Shown here: one piece after another, positions 12,221 through 24,538 of the stretch
Numbering within the stretch: position 1 is the stretch's first letter
How the letters are laid out: each line of letters starts with the position of its first letter
Assembly: GCF_006345805.1 (NCBI RefSeq)
Contig: NC_043014.1
Span: 33,542,001 to 33,606,000 of the forward strand
Source: Octopus sinensis
Taxonomy: Eukaryota
Length of the DNA: 64,000 nt
Direction: 5' to 3'
The notes under the pieces: model-generated
Database searches by the model: none
What the model saw: the letters and a program-made list of their open reading frames with translations, nothing else
Told to the model about the DNA's origin: nothing
Made by a program: the position numbers and the translations under genes

Positions 12221-13956
12221 GTTGATGCCTTCTTACTTTCTTTCCTTATATTTGAATTGAGATAATTTTCCTTTTGCCAGAGATGACTTATCTCAGTGAT
12301 TGGTATCGTCGATGCTGCAAATCGCAAGTTCTCTCTTCAAAAAGAAGCCCTCTTCCACTGCTGATTTGAAGTGGGCCATACACTGATTAATAAGTCATTA
12401 CCACCATCATCACAACTGACAATACAGCTATCAGTCATATGACGGATACAAATGACATAGTCCACCACCTATCGGTAGGGGGCGTTGCTCACCGCTTATA
12501 TATCAGGTGCTCTACAGATGCGCATTTTAGTATACAGGAGCTTCACTCTGTCTTACATCATTTCTTTTTTGTAACATCGTGAGTTCGTGCAATCCTTTAA
12601 AAGTGTGTATATTTATTTCTTTCTTTACTTATATAATGGAAATTATATTCTTTAAATGAGTTGCATAAACACCTGTTATTTTGAAACTGCACAATAAAAA
12701 GGAATTTTGAGTAAATTGCCTTGTTATTCACAAACTTAGTTTTAAAATAATCACGATAGAATACAATAGTTTCAGCACACAAGGTAGAAATACGGACTAT
12801 GTTTTTGATGTTAACTATTTTCATCTGTCACCGGTCGGTGTTACATTCCGTCTTGCGTACGTGATTATTTTGGTTCACTTTTCTCCGTTCGCAGTTGTAC
12901 GAAATACCATTAATAGCCTAGGTAGAGTCCATAAATTATACTTTTTGTTTTCTTTATGCAAATACCATTGTTCGAAGCTTTCAATATATATATATATATG
13001 CTGTTGCTTTGAAGTCGAACGGTGTATTCAATTTTAAAACTTAGAGGGTGTAGCTTTATGGTACACGGTTAGCATCGGTTCTACGTTCTGTACGTTGCTC
13101 AGGCTAATGTTCAGAGGAACGATACCTAGGTATTCAAATAATAAATGTTTTCGTTTTTCTTCGAAGCAGTGAAACTCTACAGAAGAAATCCTGTCCTCTA
13201 TGACGTCGTTTAGTTACATGTCTGTGTGCACCTTTTGTCCACTGCTAACACTAACTTCTAGGTTGCTTTTTTATATCTCTGATAGATATCGTAGTTCAAA
13301 TGTTCGTGGGTGTTTTCCTGGATCAGAGCTGATTTCGTAGCGAAATATCAGAATAGATATCCTACACCTCAAGGGAGAAGAAAAAGGTTATAAAAGCGGG
13401 CGCACGTGTAAGAAAAAAAAATACTAGAGAAAATTGAAGGAAAAAGTGGTACCCTTTTCTTTCCTATGACGCCATGAACCATGTTCTGAAACTTGATGTT
13501 ACTGTTTTATTCGATACCTACTATATATCTAACTCGATTCCAATACTACAACAATACATGCCCTCTATGAAATCGCTTTTCCTATCTTACTCCCATAACA
13601 CATCTATGAGTCACATCTGAAGATGTTTTTGTCCCTAGCACGCCGGGCGAAATGCGTAGCCGTATTTCGTCTGTCGTTACGTTCTGAGTTCAAATTCCGC
13701 CGAGGTCCACTTTGCCTCATCCTTTAGGTCGATTAAATAAGTACCAGTTACGCACTGGGGTCGATATAATCGACTTAATCCATTTGTCTGTCCTTGTTTG
13801 TCTTCTCTGTGTTTAACCCCTTGTGGGTAGTAAAGAAATAAGTATATTATCTAAAGAAGGTGTGCACGACAAGCTTGTAGGTTTCAACAGGTGCCAAATG
13901 CTTCTTGGAATTTTAAGGAACCCATTTGTTTTTCACTCTTTCATATACTATTGCAG
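12221..13956. promoter_or_regulatory. Putative bidirectional promoter / 5'UTR region between divergent MROH1 and APRT
   Basis: Divergent ATGs at 12220(-) and 13959(+). Locally CpG-richer unique sequence around 12830-12920 and 13020-13130, with candidate plus-strand donors ctag|gtagag (~12921) and ctag|gtattc (~13130). TSS not determinable. Confidence 0.5.
13640..13840 (+). mobile_element. SINE family B (5'-truncated)
   Basis: gcacgccgggcgaaatgcg...aagaaataagta. Confidence 0.85.
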
Positions 13957-13958
13957 AA

Positions 13959-14047
13959 ATGGAAACTGAAGAAGATGAAAGGGTCGTCAAAATCAAAGAA
14001 GTGTTGAAATATTTCCCAGATTTTCCCAAGAAAGGGGTTAACTTTTG
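13959..14047 (+). CDS. APRT: Adenine phosphoribosyltransferase coding exon 1
   Basis: METEEDERVVKIKEVLKYFPDFPKKGVNF + TG|gtaggc; contains the FPDFP motif. An acceptor ttgcag at 13951-13956 implies an upstream 5'UTR exon. Confidence 0.93.
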
Positions 14048-14217
14048 GTAGGCAACACTTTCTTTCACCTTATTCTTATTTTTATCTTATTTCTTCGTTT
14101 CTTTTCAGTGTTTGAATTACTGCTATTACCCATTTTAAAGTTTACTAAAAATGTCATATGCTGCAATTGGATGCAAGACGTAAGAACGTCAAAGTTCAAA
14201 TGACTGAAAAATCAGAA

Positions 14218-14713
14218 GGTAATTTGTTCAGGTTAGTGATATTTAAAAAGTAAATAAAAATTAAGGGGGAGATAACTAGTAAAGGGCCATGCATAAGTCA
14301 ACTTAGTGCTAAACAACAAATACTGTAGTAAGCTAACATGGCGAATTATAATTTTTGCACATGTATAAATTCATAATTAGTCAACACCGTGCCAACCACA
14401 GAAAAATCTTGTTTCGTGATTTTGGGTGATATTTGGGTACGTGGAAGACCAGTGGGACCGCAATTCATTGTTCCTGAAATTGAAATCCTCAAACATGAAT
14501 TAATCTTGGAATATCAATTCCAAGATTAATTCATGTTTGAGGATTTCAATTTCAGGAACAATGAATTGCGGTCCCACTGGTCTTCCACGTACCGTTCTGA
14601 CCAATTCCAAAGTAAATAATATCCAGTGTTTATGTTGACTTATGTGTCCTTATACTAGTTATCTCCCCCTTAATTTTTTTTACTTTTTAATATCACAAAA
14701 CTGAACAATTACC
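14218..14713. mobile_element. Fold-back/MITE-like element in APRT intron 1 with a perfect central palindrome
   Basis: Imperfect outer arms 14218-14302 / 14634-14713; perfect 77-bp inner arms 14436-14512 / 14517-14593. Confidence 0.75.
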
Positions 14714-14939
14714 AGATTATTGAAAACTTGAAAGACTGCTCAAAGTATTGTGCACCATAATGTTAAAAGATGAAGACCCAAATTATGAAATATTTTAAGA
14801 AAAAATTAGACAAACTATCTCAAAAGATATTCATTTACAGTTTTAAAAGGGTGGTTATTTGAAAGACATATTTTCTCTATAATTTTTAAAAAGTTGCTTG
14901 CCGGGATATCAAAGACATAAACAGTAACATATTTATTGT

Positions 14940-16856
14940 CAGTGGTGGGCAAGGTTCCGCTAAAGCTAACTTTACATTTAGCGAATAAGCATTTTCGTTA
15001 ACTTTGGAAACCGTTAGTGGTTTATTTATATTAGCATAAGAACAAATATAATCAAGTACCTACCAATATTAATTGTGAGGCTCAAAGTTCGAAGGTCATA
15101 TTTCACCACCTCATTCCATATCTTCCTGGGTCTACCTCACATGTTCCCTCCACAGTTAGAGATCGGTACTTCTTTACTCAGCTGTTCTCATCCATATGCA
15201 TCACATGACCACACCAGTGCAGTTGTCTCCTTTGCACACCACATCTGATGCCTCTTATGCCTAACTGTTCTCTCAATATGCTTAAACTCTGTTGAACATG
15301 TACACTGACATTGCACATCCAGCAAAGCATACTGACTTCATTTCTTTCAAGCCTATGCATGTCCTCAGCTGTCTCAGCCCATGTTTCACTACCATGTAGC
15401 ATAGCTGTTCACACACAATCTGCCTTTCACTTTGAGAGAGAGTCCCTTTGTTGCCAGCAGGGGTAGGAGCTCTCTGAACTTTGCCCATCCTAATCATATT
15501 TTCACTGTTACAATATATATATAATTTAAGTTTTTAACTTCACAACTTATGTCTCTTTACAATTATTCTACTGGAGAAGACTAGGGGAGCTGTCCACAGG
15601 ATAACACAGTTGAAGCTGCAGACCTTCACTGATTCTGATGTTGGCTTCCTCATGGAGTATGCCCAGGTGATGTCTAATATTGCCAAGGCTTTGGATGAAA
15701 TCCAGGGGTAAGACCAGGACCATCTTGGGAGCCTTCTGCCAAATGTAGCGGCTATCGTCATGAAGTTGAAGGAGGCCAAGTTCAAACTGCAGTCCTCTGG
15801 TCGACGCAATACTTGCAGGCACCACGAAAAGGTTTGAGTTCCTCCTAGAAGTCCCGGAGTGCCAGCTAGCCACTGCCTTCCATCCCAACTTTCGCCTGTT
15901 CTCGTTGGAGAGGTATAATAACAGCTGGGTTAGCAGAGTAACAGACGCCATGGAGACCAATAAGGAGGGCAGCAGCACCACCACCAGCAATGAGGATGAG
16001 GAAGATGAGTTCTTCAGCAACATCACTCAGATCCAGGAGAGCAGGAGCCACAGGTCATTGAAGCCTAAAGTGCAGAACTTGGTGAAGACTTGGTTGGAGG
16101 CTGTCTTGAAGGAGGTTCTGACTGAAGTTGCCTTTTTGGGTGGGCAGGTGTGATTGACCTGTTCACCAAGTATAACACCACCATCTGATCCAGTGCTGCA
16201 GTCGAGTTCCTATTCTCTACAAAGATATTTTGAGGGTCAAGAGGGCCTCCCTGTCAGATGGTAACTTTGAGAAGCTGATGTTTCTGAAGGGCAACCAGCA
16301 TCATATTGAGGCAATGGAGAAGGCCCAGCCAGAGTAGTACACCTTGATCATCATCTGATCTTGGTATGATACCTATTCTATACTAAACCTTTTTGATTTG
16401 ATTAATAGTTTTGTACAGTAAATAAAATGTATGTTGACTGAAAAACTAATGCTTAATTTCATTTGTTCATTTAATTATTTGCATACACCTTGATCATCAT
16501 CTGATCTTGGCATTCTATACCTTTTTGGGAAGTTCTATGTCTAAGCAACAACACGAAAATTTCAGCTCTCTAGGTCTGTTTTTAGGGGTTTTAGAGCCAA
16601 AAAACCAAACTGAAGCTAAATTCATATGATAAAAGTTAGAGGTTATCAATTAGCGCCAGCTTCTGCTAATTTCTTTACCTGTTTAGTGAATTAGTGGTTA
16701 GAGAAGCTAACATTTTGGTTAGCTGTGCCCATCATATGATATGATATGATAAAAGTTAGTGCTAGCTTCTGCTAATTTTTTTAATTGTTTAGTGGATGTG
16801 TTAGCAAAGCTAACTTTTTTAGTTAGCAAATTAGCGGTTAGATGTGCTCACCACTG
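14940..16856 (+). mobile_element. Defective hAT DNA transposon (TIRs + 8-bp TSD) in APRT intron 1
   Basis: TIR cagtggtgggca / tgctcaccactg; TSD tttattgt / attattgt; subterminal GCTAA(C) motifs. Broken transposase C-terminus 15540-16335 includes KYNTT..SSAAVE.LFS...LSDGNFEKLMFLKGN (hAT dimerisation domain). Confidence 0.88.
15100..15495 (-). mobile_element. RTE-clade LINE fragment nested in the hAT element
   Basis: MLHGSETWA...RLERNEVSMLCWMC...LHWCGHVMHMD, typical of the RTE RT C-terminus. Confidence 0.88.
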
Positions 16857-18087
16857 ATTATTGTTTATGTCACAAATATTTTTTGCCTTTAAATTCTCTC
16901 ATTATTGAATATTTTCTTTCATTTCTATCAACACAAACATAAATATACTGAATGATCAAGAGGCCAAATATTGTATATTGGTATTACACAGCAAAAGAGT
17001 GCAGACGAAGGGGAGGTAAATAAGTGCATGTGCCTAATTGTGGCCAATCGAAATTTGGTCTTTTAATCATTAAGGCTGTTTATGTTTCTATTGATAAAAG
17101 GAAAATTTTTTATTAAGAAGCTCTCCAAGTTTTCGCTTAATTCGTTGCTATTGTATCACTGCTGCTTATTTTGTAAGTAAATATACCCTTTCTAATAGGT
17201 TTCTCAAAATCCCTTTTAAAGCTGTAAGTAAATATCTTTTAAGAACGTTTTTACCATTATTTTTCTGTAAAATGTTCCAAAATTTAGTTTTGATCTCTTC
17301 TATATTTTATTATTGCATCCCCTAATCTATCACATTTCTATTTCCTCCATTTTCTGAATGAATCAATTTTTATTCTCAGTTCAGTAAAGTGATTATCTGA
17401 GATAGTGCATTTACCTTCTTGCATAGAGTGAACATGAGGATGATGCATCCATCAATAATTGCTTCTATGTACGAGTTATATACCTAACAATGCTTGCTTG
17501 CAAGAACTGCACCCACTATCAACTGTTTGCATGTGCAAGTGCTGGTTAGTGTATCCACTTGTGTTTCTCAGATGTTATGAGGGTGAAGTTGGCCCACCTA
17601 CCGATATCTGCTTGCATGCAGAAGTGATGCACCTAACAACATACATGCTTACATGTGTGTTGTGTGCTTGTGAATTCACAAATACCTGCTTGTACATGTG
17701 CAAAGTTTGTGTACGTGTACTGGTGCACCCATAATGCCCTCATGCATGTGTGTGGTGGTTCACTCTCAATACCATCTCAACTATCTGAGTTGGTGTACTT
17801 CTTAAACACCGCCACATACTTACTTCAATATTTAAAATAATCTCAAGGCAGCAACTTGGCAGAATTGTTACCACATTGGACAAAATGCTTAGCGGCCTTT
17901 CTTCTGACTTTACACTCTGTGTTCAAATGTCACTAGGGTTGACTTTCACTTTCAGCCCTTTGAAATATATAAAATAAGTACCATTTAAGCACTGAAGTTG
18001 ATGAATTCAACTTAGCTTTTCCTCTGAAATTTCTGGCCTTGTGCCAAAATTTAAAACCAATATTTAAATAAATCTCTCTGTTTGCAG

Positions 18088-18325
18088 TGATGTTTTACCA
18101 ATTTTACAAAACCCTCCAGTCTTCAAGGGCCTCATTTCCAAAATGGTTGAAATAGTAAAAGAACATGCTCCAGATGTTGAACTAATTGTTGGACTCGAAG
18201 CTAGGGGATTCCTTTTTGGGCCTCTTATTGCCAACGAATTAAATGTAGGTTTTGTTCCTATTCGCAAGAAGGGGAAATTGCCAGGACCAACATATTCAGT
18301 AAATTACAAACTTGAATATGGCGAG
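18088..18325 (+). CDS. APRT: APRT coding exon 2
   Basis: tttgcag|T GAT GTT...: [80 protein letters not shown]|gtaatg. Has the [15 protein letters not shown] and LEYG motifs. Confidence 0.97.
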
Positions 18326-19000
18326 GTAATGTTTTCTCATTTTTCTTTTACAAGTGTTTGCATCTGCTCACATGCACATATATACATACACATATAGATA
18401 CTTTCATGATAGGCATGAACACACACTGACTTACATGCACAATCACAAATGTATAATACAATTATATGCATGTACACATATACAGAGAAATGTTATAATG
18501 TTATACAACAGAGCAATAGGTGTTTAGTAACGTTATTTAATAGAACAGCAGTGTTGTATAGCAATGTTATAGAAGCAACTAGCAATGGTGTATCATGAAG
18601 GCCAGTCTCAAAATGTTGAACCTTACTAAGGAGATGACAGAGGACCGAGATATGTGAGACATTGCTGTACTTGAGTAGACCCGCTCACCACAACACAGTT
18701 GAGATCCTAAAACCAAGGTACCATGTAAAAAGCATTGGTATGGGTGCTGGTGCCACGTAAAAAGCATCCAGTATGCTCTGTTGAGTGTTTGGCATTAGGA
18801 AAAACATCCAGTCATAGAAACCAAGCCAAAACTGACTATAGAACTTGGTGTCACCCCCTGGCCTTGCCAGTTCCTCTCAAGCCATCCAACTCATGCCAGC
18901 ATTGAAAATGGATGTTAAATATTGATGACAATGATGTTGTATGATATATAACAAAAGAGAAATGGTATATAGTAATTTTGTTATGTAATAGAATAGTGAA

Positions 19001-19345
19001 GGGCCATGGCTCAGTGGTTAGAGCGTCAAGCTTACGATCGTGAGGTTGTGAGCTCGAATCCCGGACCGGGCTGCGTGTTGTGTTCTTGAGCAAGACACTT
19101 TATTTCACGTTGCTCCAGTTCACTCAGCTGTAGAAATGAGTTGCGACGTCACAGGTGCCAAGCTGTATCGGCCCTTGCCTTTCCCTTGGACAACATCGGT
19201 GACGTGGAGAGGGGAGGCCGGTATGCATGGGCGACTGCTGGTCTTCCATAAAAAAAAAACAAAAAACAACCTTGCCCAGACTTGTGCCTCAGAGGGTAAC
19301 TCTCTAGGTGCAAACCCATGGTCAGTGTCTGACCGAAGGGGGTCA
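19001..19345 (+). mobile_element. tRNA-headed SINE family E
   Basis: gggccatggctcagtggttagagc...ctcgaatcc; core gtgttcttgagcaagacac. Inverted copy at 46895-47220. Confidence 0.85.
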
Positions 19346-19984
19346 AAAAAAAAAAAATAGAATAGTAATGTTATACAGTAATTTTGCTTCTTGATAGAAC
19401 AGCAATGGTATGTAGCAGTGTTGTATAAAAGGACAGCAATGGTATATTGTGATGTTATTATATGATAAAACAGCAATGATATAGAAGAATTTTTTTTTTA
19501 TAGCTGTATCATGCAATAATGTTAAGGTGACAAGCTGACAGAATCGTTTGCACACCAAGTAAAATGCTTAGCAGCATTTCATCTATCTTTACATTCTGGG
19601 TTCAAATCCCACCAAGGTTGACTTTGCCTTTCATTTTTTCAGGATGAACAAAATAAATACCAGTTGTGTACTGGTCGTCAATGTAATCAAGTCCCCTGAA
19701 ATTGCTGACCTTGTGCCAAAATTTGAAATCAATTTTATAGAAGGCAGCAAGCTGGCAGAATTGTTAGCATGCTGGGTAAAATGTTTAGTGGCATTTCAAC
19801 TATCTTTACATTGCAGTCAACTTGACCCCCCTCCCTCGGAATTGCTGGCATTGTGCCAAAATTTGAAATTAATATTATACAGTAATGCTAGAGAGCCGTC
19901 ATGGTACATAGTAATGTTGTGCAATAGAGAAGGAGCAGTGTGATATATGGAGTGGTATAGTACTCTCTAAAATAGATTTATATA

Positions 19985-20385
19985 TCATCATCATCATCAT
20001 TTAACATCCATTTTCCATGCTAGCATGGGTTGGACGGTTCAACTGGGGTCTGGGAAGCCAGAAGGCTGCGCCAGGCCCAGTCTGATCTGGCAGTGTTTCT
20101 ACAGCTGGATGCCCTTCCTAACGCCAACCACTTTTTACGTGCCACCTGCACAGATGCCAGACGAGGCTGGCAACGGCCACAATCGGATGATGCTTTTTAC
20201 GTGCCACCGGCGCAGAGGCCAGTCGAGGCGGCGCTCGCAACGGCCACGTTCGGATGGTGCTTTTTACGTGCCACCGGCGCAGAAGCCAGTCGAGGCGGCA
20301 CTGGCAACGGCCACGTTCGGATGGTTCTCTTACGTGCCACCAGTACTGGTATCACAGCTACAATTTCCATTGATGTTGATCGATT
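19985..20385 (-). mobile_element. RTE-tailed repeat with internal ~62-bp tandem triplication
   Basis: (cat)n tail; ggcaacggccac...ggatg...ttttacgtgccaccgg repeated three times at 20160-20345. Confidence 0.75.
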
Positions 20386-20460
20386 TTGATTTTGATTTTT
20401 TTGATTTTTTTTTTTTTTTTTTTTTTTATTTAATAAAATGATTTTGTGTTTGTATTGAAG

Positions 20461-20539
20461 GACTCTTTTGAAGTACAAACAACAGCTGTGAAGTCCGGTC
20501 AGAAAGTTGTTATTGTGGATGACCTGTTAGCGACTGGAG
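20461..20539 (+). CDS. APRT: APRT coding exon 3 (PRPP-binding loop)
   Basis: ttgaag|[27 protein letters not shown]|gtaaat; type I PRTase signature VDDLLATGG. Confidence 0.97.
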
Positions 20540-21794
20540 GTAAATATTCTAATTTCAACAATTACCAATGTCTATATATTGATGTGTATCTCTGTTATCT
20601 ACATCCTCTTGATTTAACTTTGTGAGAGTTTGAATGTGTGCATGTGTACGTGTGTCAATTATTAGTAACATTAAGGAAGTGGAACAGTTCTCATTAGCCT
20701 TCTTAGAATTCCACCCCATCTTCTACCTAGCCTTGTTGAAAGGGTTTGTATGTAGACGTTTAAAGTAAGGGGTCTAATGAGTATATACAGTGGTGAGAAG
20801 ATAGGCAGAAGGGATCATATAAATGCAATCTGGTCACTATCAGGGTACCCTTGAAACTCTTAAAGTGGAAGTGTGTCCATGACCAGGTTTTAAGTTGTGG
20901 CAACAAATTTGACATTTTATGAAATAAATTTAAAATCTGAACTGAATTTAACAGCATTCCATGTTAAATAACTAGAATGCTTTTTCCACAATTTAATTGC
21001 TCTCTCTATCTCTCTATCTCTAGATAGATAGATAGATAAAGTATTTTACATGTGTCTGTATGTGTATATATATATATATAATATATATATATATATATGC
21101 ATATGCATTAGGTACGATTAGTAAAATTTTGGGAGTAATGACTTATGTCCCTCTTAGTGTGAGGCATTTATGTGTAATAATGCCCTCTATACAATATAAA
21201 TTAATATTTTCTAAAGGAAAAAAATTATTTTCAAAATTTTTTCTCTTATGAGGTTTTTCACGCTAACTACCTGATAATTTCTTGTTAAAATTCCTTATTA
21301 AGAAGTCATCCTTAATTGTTAAATATATATATATATATATATATATACATATTCTGGTGTCCACGACAGATGGTTCACATTTGCTATGACGTGTGTGATT
21401 TACACACCAAGTGCCTATATGAAAGGATCTCTCTTGGCTAATAACACAGTATTCAATGTTCTAACGAAGCATCACTGTTAAGTTAGATATACACACCACC
21501 TTTTGATATTAATACTACTTTCATCACTGATAATTAATGAGTGTATGTGCATGTTTTTTTTTTTTGTTATTGCTAAAACTAGCCAGATCTGAGCTCTTAA
21601 ACTTACTCTACAATGTCATTCTGTAAACAAACCATCGCATCATTGAAATCTCAAAGCTGCAATGATTAATGCAAAACAATGCAAAAAGAGGCCATTACAT
21701 TTCACAGAGTAATCTGAATATTTATGGGTTAAACTGTTTCACAGCTGTTATTGTATGTTAGCAATCTCAGTCACCTTCCATCATCTTCTTGCAG

Positions 21795-21934
21795 GAACTT
21801 TAGAGGCTGCTGTTAAGCTGATGACAAGGGAAAAAGCAATCGTGCAGATGTGTCTGGTTGTGATAAAGGCAAAGGAATTTATTGGCAAACTAACGGATAT
21901 ACAAGTGCCTGTAAATTCCATCATAGAAATGTAA
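21795..21934 (+). CDS. APRT: APRT coding exon 4 (terminal)
   Basis: cttcttgcag|GA ACT...: GTLEAAVKLMTREKAIVQMCLVVIKAKEFIGKLTDIQVPVNSIIEM*. Four exons total 546 nt = 181 aa + stop, aligning ungapped to the human APRT C-terminus. Confidence 0.93.
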
Positions 21935-22294
21935 AGACTTTTCATCCGTTTCTGCTGAAAATGGTTTTATTTGGACTTATCATGACTTGCTGTTTCCATG
22001 ATAACTCTGGTTGATTTATGGATTATTAATCAAAATGTTTTTTTTTTTTCTTTTTCTTAAATCACTTTGAAAATAATGTTTGTGAAGATTGTACTCATTC
22101 CGGTCTGTTTCTGAAACGTTTTTTTAAGGTCATGTCCTTGGACCTTTTGATTTCCATATTTTTCCGGAAGATTTTTATACACTTTTATAGCTAAATTATA
22201 TTTTAAAATTTTATGTTTTTATTCAAAATTTTTGGAATATGACCTGTTTATTATTTAACCTCTCTAAAAGATTTTGGCATTGTTATTATTCCTA

Positions 22295-22506
22295 AGGCAG
22301 CAAGCTGGCAGAATCATTAGTGTGCCGGACAAAATACTCAGCAGCATTTCATCCATCCTTACATTCTGAGCTCAAATTCTGTCGGGGCTGACTTTGCCTT
22401 TCATCTTTTCAGTGTTGATAAAATAAATACCAGTTGAGAACTGGGGTCAATGCAATCAACTATCCCCTCCCCCAGCATTTCAGGCCTTGTGCCTATAGTA
22501 GAAGGG

Positions 22507-22540
<34 letters not shown>

Positions 22541-23380
22541 CAGGCAAAATGCTTAGTGGCATTTCTTACTTACATTCTGAGTTCAAATTCCTCCATGGAC
22601 GACTTTGCCTTTCATCCTTCCTGAGTCAATAAAATAAGCACCAGGTAAGCATGGAGTTTGATGTAATCAACTCTCTCCTCCCTCAAAATTTCAGGCCTTG
22701 TGCCTATTGTACCAAGAATTATTATTATTATTATTGGATTAGCAGAATCATTTTCGAGTGATGAAAGATATCTTGCGGTATTTGTTTTGGCTCTTTATGC
22801 TTTGAGTTCAAATCCTGTTGAGGTCAACTTGACATTTGATCTTCTCAGGATCAGTAACAAAAGTGCCAGTCAAGTACTGCAGTTGATATTATCTATTAAA
22901 CCACTCTACTCAAAATTTCAAGTTTTGTGCCTAAATTAGAGACCATTGTTATTATTAGCTGGCAGAGTCGTTAGTATGTTGGGCAAAATACTTGACAGCA
23001 TTTCATTCATTTTCACATCCTGAGTTCAAGTTCTGCCGAGGTCAACTTTGCCTTTCATCCTTTCAGGGTCAATGAAAAAAGTACCAGTTGTTTACTGAGG
23101 TTGATGTAATCAACTGTCCCCTCCTCCAAAGTTCAGGCCTTGTAGAAAGGTGAGCTGGCAGAATCGTTAGCATGCCAGGTGAAATGCTTAGGAGTATTTC
23201 GTCTGCCGTTACGTTCTGAGTTCAAATTCAGCTGAGGTCAACTTTGCCTTTCATCCTTCTAGGGTCGATAAAGTAAGTACCAGCTGAGCACTAGATTTGA
23301 TGTAATTGACAAGACCCACCACCACTACCAAAAATATATATATATTTCAGGCCTTGTACCTATAGCAGAAAGGATTAATA
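22295..23380 (+). mobile_element. Head-to-tail stack of about five diverged family-B SINEs
   Basis: Repeated ...gactttgcctttcatc...ggccttgtgcct...(att)n units immediately 3' of APRT. Confidence 0.85.
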
Positions 23381-23509
23381 TTGTCGTTATTTTTAGGGTA
23401 TTGGAATTGCAGCATCAGTTGAACATGGTTTCAATCAGTGAAATGTGACCATGCTGGGAGCATTGCATTTGAAGAGTTTTAGTTGATCATATTGAACCTA
23501 GTGCTCATT

Positions 23510-23905
23510 TCATAATAATAATAATAATAATAATGAAATTATTGTATACAGTGTTCAGGTGCACCACAACTTGTCAAAAATGTGTATAAAGCATATGCAG
23601 TAATGTACAAATATCTGGAAAGTGAACAGTATATGAGTCAGATACATGCTTGCGTGTGTATGGAGAGGAGAAAATCAGGTGTAGTGTTGGCGAATCTCAG
23701 GAAGCATGGAAGTTTTGAAGGATGCAGTGCTCCGACAACTAACAACTGATGCCGGCAGTTTGTTCCATACTTCAGCAATGCTTGGCATGACAGAATGTTT
23801 CCGAAAGTCATTGGAGCTGTGCTGTTTTCTGACTTTGTAAACTTGTCCATGGGTGTTAGACAGGTGGAGTTTGAAAAGGTGCTCGTTTCAGACTAGTGCT
23901 TTTTA
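23510..23905 (-). mobile_element. CR1-like LINE 3' end with (TAT)n tail
   Basis: LFKLHLSNTHGQVYKVRKQHSSNDFRKH...VWNKLPASVVSCRSTASFK, matching the CR1 ORF2 C-terminal pattern. Confidence 0.75.
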
Positions 23906-24538
23906 GAACAAGTACATTCCTTTGTTTACATAAAATAACATAAGTCAGCACACTGGTAAACCTAAACATTCACACACACAAATGGCTGGGATGCAGTGAT
24001 TTCTATAATAGAAAACACAAACAAATACCTAATAAAATAAACAAATACAGCTTATTTGCAGCACTTCATATAGAGCTAGGTTTATAAAACCATCCAGTAC
24101 AGCTTTAGTGACTCAGACATCTGTGGAAAATATTGTTTAGTCTTGAGAATTTATGTGTAGGCACATGGCTTAGTGGTTAGGGTGTTGAACTCTTGATCAT
24201 AAGATTGCAGTTTCGATTCCTTGACTGGGTGATGCATTCTGTTCTTGAGCAAAACACTTCATTTCACATTGCTCCAGTCTACTCAGCTAGTAAAATTGAA
24301 TATATATGCCATAGAAACCAGGAAACCATCCCTCTGGTCCCTACTGAGTGATGTGCACTACCTAGAGAATTTAAAAGTAGGTACTTCTGATGGATCTAAG
24401 ATAAGAATGTTAACATTTTTCAGCCTGTTATGTGTAGCTTCATATGCTCAGTCTACAATATGAAAATCTAAAAGTAAACACTCATATCATTGAAATTTCA
24501 AAGCTACAAGATAATGTGCTCTAACCACTAGGCACGTG

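Noticed and set aside
12474-12486. CTCF-like motif (ggtagggggcgtt) in the bidirectional region
   Set aside because: Only a partial match to the consensus; a single short hit is not supportable.
21818-21833. CTGATGA...GAAA inside APRT exon 4
   Set aside because: No stem II or stem III; explained by coding sequence.
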